Notes under the pieces: generated by a model | The model's database searches: none | What the model was told of the DNA's origin: nothing | The model's input: the letters and a program-made list of their open reading frames with translations, nothing else | Position numbers and translations under genes: made by a program | Part shown: piece by piece, positions 57,039 to 64,000 of the stretch | Numbering within the stretch: position 1 is the first letter of the stretch | How the letters are laid out: each line of letters opens with the position of its first letter | NCBI GenBank assembly: GCA_951812785.1 | Contig: OX638335.1 | Coordinates: forward strand, 1,291,902-1,355,901 | Length of the DNA: 64,000 nt | Reading direction: 5' to 3' | DNA from: an uncultured Gammaproteobacteria bacterium | Lineage (GTDB): Bacteria > Pseudomonadota > Gammaproteobacteria > UBA4575

Positions 57039-57138
57039 TATTTAATAGTATTTAGTACGACTTGTGAAAAAGTTGATTCAATTTTTTTGATCCATGTAGA
57101 ATTCACTAAATCCACCTATAACCTTTCAGGAGAAAAAA

Positions 57139-58632
57139 ATGGAGTATCTCGTAAAACGTAGTGCAATTACTAGCGAGAAAAGTGCATGTGCAATTGTGGC
57201 AATATTTGCAAACAAGCGTTTAAGCGATGAAGCTCAACAACTAGACAAGCTGTATCGCGGAATTTTATCCTCAGCGTCTAAAAATGGTGATATTAGTGGA
57301 AATCTTGGTGAAACCTTGCTTTTACACACTCCTAAAACTGCAAATCACAAACGCATATTACTAGTTGGCTGCGGCAAACCCAATGGGTTAGACATCCTTA
57401 AATATAGAAAGATCCTCAATTCATGCATAAACACGCTAAAGAGCACTGGTTCTGCGGATGCAATTAGTACACTCACCACATTAACTGTAAAAGATCAAAG
57501 CGTTCAGTCGCTCACGCGCATGCATATCTTGCTAACCGAAAATATCTTCTATAAGTACGACCAGACACTTTCTAAAAAGAAAACACCAAATAAATTAAAG
57601 CGAATTAAATTCTCTTGCAGCCAAGCATCACAGCTAAAACACATAAAACTAGGCATCGTTCAGGGCAAAGCCATTGCTGATGGCATGATGGTGACCAAAG
57701 AACTTGGTAACTTACCTGCAAACGTATGCACTCCTAACTATCTTGCTAAAACAGCTCAAGGAATCAAGAAAGGCCAAGGCAAATTATCACTGACCGTACT
57801 TGGTGAGCGCGAAATGAAAAAACTCGGTATGGGTTCATTATTGTCAGTATCTGCCGGTAGCGTTGAACCAGCCAAGTTAATTTCACTGCAATATAGAGGC
57901 ACTGCTCGCAACAGTAAACCCGTTGTTCTTGTAGGCAAGGGCATCACGTTTGATACTGGGGGTATTTCACTTAAGCCCGGCGCAGGCATGGATGAAATGA
58001 AATTCGATATGTGTGGTGCCGCGACAGTTCTCGGCACTATGCAAGCAATTTGCGATATGGGTTTACCACTTAACGTTGTCGGCTTAGTAGCCGCTGCAGA
58101 AAATATGCCAGGTGGGAAAGCGACCAAACCAGGTGATGTTGTTACTTCTATGTCAGGCCAAACTATCGAAGTATTAAATACTGATGCAGAAGGTCGCCTA
58201 GTACTATGTGACGCCCTTACCTATGCTAAACGCTATGATCCAGACGTCGTCATTGACATGGCAACTCTGACAGGTGCCTGTATTGTCGCACTCGGCCACG
58301 AAGCAAGTGGTTTAATGAGCAATTCAGACAAGCTAAGTAATGACTTATTAGAGGCAGGCCAATCAACTGGAGATCGTGCTTGGCGATTACCAATATGGGA
58401 CGAATACCAATCGCAACTCGATAGTAACTTCGCAGATATTGCTAACATTGGTGGGCGCTGGGCTGGAACAATTACCGCAGCATGCTTCCTTGCTCGTTTC
58501 ACCAAAGAATACAAGTGGGCTCACTTAGATATTGCCGGCACCGCCTGGTATCAAGGCAAAAACAAAGGCGCTACAGGGCGACCTGTGCCTATGCTCACTG
58601 AATACTTAATGCGACGCGCACGTACTGCATAA
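57139..58632 (+). CDS. pepA: leucyl aminopeptidase (cytosol aminopeptidase)
   Basis: 497 aa M17-family peptidase reading NTDAEGRL...GKGITFDTGG. Confidence 0.93.
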   Translation: MEYLVKRSAITSEKSACAIVAIFANKRLSDEAQQLDKLYRGILSSASKNGDISGNLGETLLLHTPKTANHKRILLVGCGKPNGLDILKYRKILNSCINTLKSTGSADAISTLTTLTVKDQSVQSLTRMHILLTENIFYKYDQTLSKKKTPNKLKRIKFSCSQASQLKHIKLGIVQGKAIADGMMVTKELGNLPANVCTPNYLAKTAQGIKKGQGKLSLTVLGEREMKKLGMGSLLSVSAGSVEPAKLISLQYRGTARNSKPVVLVGKGITFDTGGISLKPGAGMDEMKFDMCGAATVLGTMQAICDMGLPLNVVGLVAAAENMPGGKATKPGDVVTSMSGQTIEVLNTDAEGRLVLCDALTYAKRYDPDVVIDMATLTGACIVALGHEASGLMSNSDKLSNDLLEAGQSTGDRAWRLPIWDEYQSQLDSNFADIANIGGRWAGTITAACFLARFTKEYKWAHLDIAGTAWYQGKNKGATGRPVPMLTEYLMRRARTA

Positions 58633-58633
58633 T

Positions 58634-59056
58634 ATGCCACAGGTCGATTTTTATATTGTCGACGATACCGCAGCCGATGCCTGGCTGCGGTATGCATGCA
58701 GATTAGTCGAAAAAGCCTATACCTTAGGCATGCACGTTCATATCCACACATCTAATGAAAACTTAACCAGGCAAATGGATGAGTTACTTTGGGTATTTCG
58801 TGATCGCAGTTTCATACCTCACCAACAAACTTGTGCAGAAAACGAACTGTGTGCCGTCACTCTAAATCATCAACAGCTACCCACTCAACGTGAATTACTA
58901 GTTAATCTGGCTCCAGATGCGCCTGCTTTTTACAATCAATTCGAACGCGTGATAGAAGTTGTTGGCCATAATGACAAAATGAAACAACATGCACGTGATC
59001 GTTTCCGCTTCTACAAAGAAAAAGGTGAAAATCCTATCCACCATCAAGTTAGCTAA
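58634..59056 (+). CDS. holC: DNA polymerase III chi subunit
   Basis: 140 aa beginning MPQVDFYIV. The conserved pepA-holC-valS order matches E. coli. Confidence 0.85.
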   Translation: MPQVDFYIVDDTAADAWLRYACRLVEKAYTLGMHVHIHTSNENLTRQMDELLWVFRDRSFIPHQQTCAENELCAVTLNHQQLPTQRELLVNLAPDAPAFYNQFERVIEVVGHNDKMKQHARDRFRFYKEKGENPIHHQVS

Positions 59057-59183
59057 AGGTTGCTCACACACTTTTTGTACAATTGAAGCAACAAATAATG
59101 GTGAGTACACTCGTTTACAAATAGAATAGCAGCCATAATTTCTCCCGCGACTATAATAACCATCTTCAGGAAACCTACCCACC

Positions 59184-61943
59184 GTGGAAAAAGTCTACCA
59201 GCCTCACGATATTGAAAAACATTGGTATCAAGAATGGAAATCTCAAGGATATTTTCAACCCACTGAATCAGGTGGTCAGCCGTTCTGCATTATGATCCCA
59301 CCACCCAATATCACTGGTACTTTACACATGGGTCACGCTTTCAATAACACCGTAATGGATAGTCTGACACGTTATCATCGCATGTGTGGTGATAACACTT
59401 TATGGCAACCGGGTACCGACCATGCAGGCATCGCCACACAAATGGTAGTGGAAAGACAACTCAATGCGGCTGGCACATCTCGCACAGAGTTAGGTCGTGA
59501 AGCGTTTTTAGATAAAGTCTGGGAGTGGAAAGAGCAATCTGGTAACACCATTTCCCAGCAATTAGAAAGATTAGGTTCTTCAGTTGATTGGTCACGTGAA
59601 AGATTCACAATGGATGAAGGCTTATCAAAAGCTGTTCGTGAGGTATTTGTCCGCTTGCATGACGAAGGATTAATTTACCGCGGTAAACGCTTGGTCAACT
59701 GGGATCCTGTTTTACATACCGCTGTATCGGACTTAGAAGTTATCTCAGAAGAAGAAAATGGCCATCTTTGGCATATGCGCTATCCACTCACTGATGGTAG
59801 CGGACACTTAGTGGTTGCAACTACTCGACCCGAAACCATGCTAGGCGATAGTGCAGTCGCAGTTCATCCTGAAGATGAACGCTATAAGCACTTAGTTGGA
59901 AAATCTGTCAATTTGCCTTTGTGTAATAGACAAATACCGATTATTGCTGACGATTACGTTGACCCTGAATTTGGCTCAGGTTGCGTGAAGATCACCCCTG
60001 CTCATGACTTTAACGACTATGAAGTGGGCAAGCGTCATGACCTGCCTATGATCAACATTTTCACCACTGATGCAAAAATCAATCAACACGCACCAAGCGT
60101 ATACCAAGATATGGATCGCTATGATGCGCGCAAAAAAATTATTAATGATCTTAATGAATTAGATTTACTAGAAAAAATTGCAGAACATAAACTCATGATG
60201 CCTCGAGGCGACCGCTCTGGCGCTGTTATCGAGCCACTATTAACTGATCAGTGGTATGTGAAAATTGAACCACTTGCTGAACCCGCTATTAAGGCAGTTG
60301 AAGATGGAACGATTCGCTTTATCCCAGAAAACTGGAATAACACTTACTTCGAATGGATGCGCAACATTCAAGACTGGTGTATCAGCCGTCAACTATGGTG
60401 GGGGCATCGTATCCCCGCATGGTATGACGATCAAGGAAACATATATGTCGCGCACAATGAATCAGAAGCACGCAGCAAACATAACTTAGACGACAGCATT
60501 TCTCTTCGACAAGATGAAGATGTGCTCGACACCTGGTTTTCATCTGCGCTATGGCCATTTTCCACATTAGGTTGGCCAGAAAAAATGCCTGAGCTGAAAG
60601 AGTTTTATCCTACGTCAGTACTTGTCACTGGATTTGACATTATTTTCTTCTGGGTTGCACGCATGATAATGATGGGGATGAAGTTTATGGACGACATCCC
60701 TTTCAAGGACATCTATATCCATGGCTTAGTACGCGATTCCGACGGACAGAAAATGTCGAAATCCAAAGGCAATGTATTAGATCCAATTGACTTAATTGAT
60801 GGCATTACTTTAGAGGGGTTAGTTGATAAACGTACCAAAGGACTCATGCAGCCGAAGATGGCGGCAAAAATTGAGGTATCTACTCGCAAACAATATCCGG
60901 AAGGTATCCCTGCTTTTGGCACTGACGCACTACGATTTACCTTTGCTGCACTAGCATCAACAGGGCGCGATATTAAGTTCGATTTAAACCGCATTGAAGG
61001 TTATCGAAATTTCTGCAACAAATTATGGAATGCATCGCGTTTTGTTTTAATCAACTGCGAAGATCAACCTGTAGCAGGTCAAATTGATTTTTCATCATTA
61101 CCAACTACAGACCGTTGGATACTCAGTCGCCAACAAGAATTAACTGACATGGTACATCATGACATCCAAAACTACCGGTTTGATTTAGCCGCCAAAGCTT
61201 TGTATGAATTCACCTGGAATGAGTTTTGTGATTGGTATCTAGAACTAATCAAGCCAGTTATGTTTTCTAATGACGAACAAGCTAAGCAACATACTCGACA
61301 TGTTTTACTTGAAGTATTAGAAAATTTATTGAAGTTGCTGCACCCTATTATTCCTTTTATAACAGAAGAGATTTGGCAATCGATCGCTCCGAAGCTTGGG
61401 ATTAATGACAAAACTATTATGCTTCAAGCTTACCCAATAAGTAATAACGACTTAGTTGATGTTGCAAGCGCTGCAGAGATAGATTGGCTAAAAGAATTCA
61501 TTGCTGGTGTTCGCAAAATCCGCTCAGAGATGAACATTCCTCCAAGCAAAGCAGTTCCGGCATTATTGCAGCAATGCTCAGAGACAGATATCAAGCGATT
61601 AAAAACACATCGAAACGCGTTAGATAAGCTTGCCAAGCTTGAGAGTATTACCATCCTAACCACGGAAGATGCACCTGAAGCCGCATTAGCATTAGTCGGC
61701 GAAATGAAGGTGCTTATACCACTAGCAGGATTAATTAACAAAGAAGAAGAATTACAGCGATTAAGTAAAGATATTGCGAAGCTAGAAGCCAACATTGAAA
61801 AAACTCAAAACAAACTAAACAATCCCAACTTCAAGGATAAAGCTCCCGCAGCAGTAGTAGAAAAAGAGCAAGACAGAATAAGAGAACAAGAAAAAACATT
61901 GGCCGAATTACTTCAACAGAAAAAGAAAATGGAAAAACTATAG
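59184..61943 (+). CDS. valS: valine--tRNA ligase
   Basis: 919 aa with a GTG start. It carries the HIGH motif (TGTLHMGHA), KMSKS and a C-terminal coiled coil. Confidence 0.96.
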   Translation: MEKVYQPHDIEKHWYQEWKSQGYFQPTESGGQPFCIMIPPPNITGTLHMGHAFNNTVMDSLTRYHRMCGDNTLWQPGTDHAGIATQMVVERQLNAAGTSRTELGREAFLDKVWEWKEQSGNTISQQLERLGSSVDWSRERFTMDEGLSKAVREVFVRLHDEGLIYRGKRLVNWDPVLHTAVSDLEVISEEENGHLWHMRYPLTDGSGHLVVATTRPETMLGDSAVAVHPEDERYKHLVGKSVNLPLCNRQIPIIADDYVDPEFGSGCVKITPAHDFNDYEVGKRHDLPMINIFTTDAKINQHAPSVYQDMDRYDARKKIINDLNELDLLEKIAEHKLMMPRGDRSGAVIEPLLTDQWYVKIEPLAEPAIKAVEDGTIRFIPENWNNTYFEWMRNIQDWCISRQLWWGHRIPAWYDDQGNIYVAHNESEARSKHNLDDSISLRQDEDVLDTWFSSALWPFSTLGWPEKMPELKEFYPTSVLVTGFDIIFFWVARMIMMGMKFMDDIPFKDIYIHGLVRDSDGQKMSKSKGNVLDPIDLIDGITLEGLVDKRTKGLMQPKMAAKIEVSTRKQYPEGIPAFGTDALRFTFAALASTGRDIKFDLNRIEGYRNFCNKLWNASRFVLINCEDQPVAGQIDFSSLPTTDRWILSRQQELTDMVHHDIQNYRFDLAAKALYEFTWNEFCDWYLELIKPVMFSNDEQAKQHTRHVLLEVLENLLKLLHPIIPFITEEIWQSIAPKLGINDKTIMLQAYPISNNDLVDVASAAEIDWLKEFIAGVRKIRSEMNIPPSKAVPALLQQCSETDIKRLKTHRNALDKLAKLESITILTTEDAPEAALALVGEMKVLIPLAGLINKEEELQRLSKDIAKLEANIEKTQNKLNNPNFKDKAPAAVVEKEQDRIREQEKTLAELLQQKKKMEKL

Positions 61944-62012
61944 CCACTCACTTAATAGTCTAATAGTTCAGACCCGATCTGACAATTAGCAATCCACAAG
62001 GGTTGCAAAAGC

Positions 62013-63093
62013 GAGAGTTACCCGTTTTGATAAAGGTGTTGAAATCTTTAAATCAAACCAAAAAGGCAGGTAACTCTCATGCTTGATACTAACAATCCAA
62101 TCCTTAAACACAAGGCGGGCTTGCTCAACTTAGCAGAAGAACTGGGCAACGTATCTAGCGCCTGTCAAGTCATGGGGGTGTCGCGAGACACATTCTATCG
62201 TTATCAACAGCGGGTTGAAGAAGGTGGCATTGACTCACGGATTGACAAGAGTCGTAGAACAGCCGATGTTAAAAACCGTGTGGATGAACCCACAGCACAT
62301 GCAGGGGTTACGTCAGCGATTGAACAGCCCGCGGTTGGGCAACATCGAAGCAGCAATGAACTGGTGTGTTTATCGCTGGTAGCGGTGTGCGTTGCGTTTG
62401 GCTGCGCCATACTCTAGAGCACTTCAAGAAACGACTCAAAGCACTCGAAGAAGAAATTGCCAAGGAGGGCATTATCTTAAGCGATGCACAGATCGCCGCC
62501 CTTGAGAAACAGGATGACGAGGCCTGTGGTGAGATTGACACGGCACATCCTGGTGACTTAGGCAGCCAGGATACGTTTTACCTAGGCCACCTCAAAGGTG
62601 TTGGTCGGCTATACCAGCAAACGTTCGTAGACACCTACAGCAAGATCGCCTTTGCGGCACTCTACACGACTAAGACGCCGATTACCGCCGCAGACCTACT
62701 CTTTGATGAGGTGCTACCGTTTTTTGAAAAGCATGCCTTGCCGATGCTACGTAGTTTAACCGACAGAGGCACAGAATATTGTGGGCGCGTGGAGCATCAT
62801 GACGATCCGTGATACCTGGCCATTAACGACATTGATCACCGCAAACCCATGGCATCTCTGAATGAGTTTTATCAAATTACCTTCAGGAAAAAACGGTACT
62901 CAACCAGGGAGGATTGACCAAAAGATCAAGACAACTGGATAGAAACTGATCACAATGAACGCACTCATCAAGGCAACATGGGCGGTGGTAGAATACCCAT
63001 GGACAGGTTAATGGATGGTAAATTGATTTGGGCTGAAAAGAATTTAGCTCACATCTAAACTGACAGACTCCTATCAATAACCGGTAACGGTAC
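62013..63093 (+). mobile_element. IS481-family insertion sequence (about 1.08 kb) with a decayed transposase
   Basis: The imperfect terminal inverted repeats are the left IR TTACCCGTTTTGATAAAGGTGTTG (62018-62041) and the reverse complement of 63064-63090, TTACCGGTTATTGATAGGAGTCTG. Between them lies a transposase split over at least two frames plus in-frame stops. It has an HTH domain (MLDTNNPILKHKAGLLNLAEELGNVSSACQVMGVSRDTFYRYQQ) and a DDE core (...TDRGTEYCGRVEHHDDP*YLAINDIDHRK...RED*PKDQDNWIETDHNERTHQGNMGGGRIPMD). The family assignment is from memory of IS481 and ISL3-like transposases. Confidence 0.7.
62079..63058 (+). pseudogene. IS481-family transposase pseudogene (frameshift near 62366-62417; in-frame TGA at 62810-62812 and 62915-62917)
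   Basis: Track ORFs 62079..62417 (frame 0) and 62366..62812 (frame 2) overlap. Frame 2 continues through two TGA codons to the TAA at 63056-63058. The transposase-like sequence persists across both stops. Confidence 0.7.
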
Positions 63094-63140
63094 GATCAGG
63101 TCTGAGCTACTACAGATTAGCGAGAAAATCACAACCCAAT

Positions 63141-64000
63141 CTATGAACCACCCGCAATCGTCATATTTTCAATCAAGATAGAACCACATTGAATATTGCC
63201 ACGTCTGTCAACATCATTACCGACAGCACTGATATTCACAAACATATCAGCAAGATTACCCGCAACAGTGATTTCTTCTACGGGATATTGAATCTCGCCA
63301 TTCTCCACCCAGAAGCCTGATGCGCCACGCGAATAGTCACCAGTCACGGTGTTTACACCATGCCCGATTAATTCTGTTGCCAACAAACCTTTACCCATAT
63401 CTTTAAGCAGATCTTGTTGTGACTTATTGCTATCGCTAATTTTCACGTTATGCACACCACCTGCATTCGCTGTAGTTTGCATACCCAACTTACGCGCAGA
63501 ATAACTACTTAGCACATAACCTTGTAACACACCGTCTTCAACCACTTTTCTCGATTGCGTGCGCACACCTTCATGATCAAATGGCGCACTACCTAGTGCG
63601 CCAAGCATATGAGGGTCTTCGGTGATGGTTATCCAATCTGGTAAAACTTGCTTATTGATCGAGTCTAATAAGAAAGATGCTTCTCGATACAATGCCCCAC
63701 CACTGATAGCAGAGAATAAATGTCCCAGCAATGAACGCGCTAAGGTAGGTTCAAACAAGATAGGCACTGAACAAGTTTTCAACCCGCGCGCACCTAAGCG
63801 CCGTACTGTTCTCTCACACGCCATTGCACCGATCGCTTCTACATCCTCTAAATTATTTGCATCGCGCTCTACGGAATACCAGTAATCACGTTGCATGCCC
63901 TTGTCATCACCGGCAACGACTGAACAACTAATACTGTGTCTTGTGCCATGATACTCGCCGACAAACCCGTGTGAATTTGCATAGGTGAGCTGAGTGCCGA
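63141..64000 (-). CDS. pmbA: PmbA/TldE (TldD/PmbA family) metalloprotease; the N-terminus lies beyond the window end
   Basis: The C-terminal portion reads ...GSAPFDHEGVRTQSRKVVEDGVLQGYVLSSYSARKLGMQTTANAGGVHN.... The frame stays open upstream of the track's Met to position 64000 (..SHGFVGEYHGTRHSISCSVVAGDDKG MQRDY..). Confidence 0.8.
   Translation of the reverse strand, partial: GTQLTYANSHGFVGEYHGTRHSISCSVVAGDDKGMQRDYWYSVERDANNLEDVEAIGAMACERTVRRLGARGLKTCSVPILFEPTLARSLLGHLFSAISGGALYREASFLLDSINKQVLPDWITITEDPHMLGALGSAPFDHEGVRTQSRKVVEDGVLQGYVLSSYSARKLGMQTTANAGGVHNVKISDSNKSQQDLLKDMGKGLLATELIGHGVNTVTGDYSRGASGFWVENGEIQYPVEEITVAGNLADMFVNISAVGNDVDRRGNIQCGSILIENMTIAGGS

Overview
This window reads as an AT-rich gammaproteobacterial chromosomal segment made up almost entirely of conserved housekeeping genes. 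The main blocks are tig-clpP-clpX-lon-hupB-ppiD, the asd-fimV-truA-trpFBA-accD-folC-dedD-cvpA-purF block, leuCDB, aroC-prmB, epmA-efp-epmB, htpX, parC-parE, xerD-dsbC, lptFG and pepA-holC-valS. Seven tRNA genes are present: Asp and Val, Leu, and a His-Arg-Pro cluster. The accessory content is small and looks decayed. First, a roughly 2 kb islet sits between tRNA-Leu and the His/Arg/Pro tRNA cluster. It carries a CPBP (Abi) intramembrane protease and a secreted GSP-amidase-type CHAP protein broken by a homopolymer frameshift. Second, a FimX-like REC-PAS-GGDEF(degenerate)-EAL(degenerate) gene is broken by an A7 frameshift and an in-frame TGA. Third, an IS481-family insertion sequence with recognisable imperfect terminal inverted repeats has a transposase carrying a frameshift and two in-frame TGA codons. 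Fourth, a lone AddA-type helicase-nuclease has no AddB partner in the window. I found no CRISPR array, defence island or clearly novel multi-gene system, so the most unusual signals are the pseudogenisation pattern and the tRNA-flanked islet. All calls rest on reading the translations and the DNA by eye, and no database search was run.
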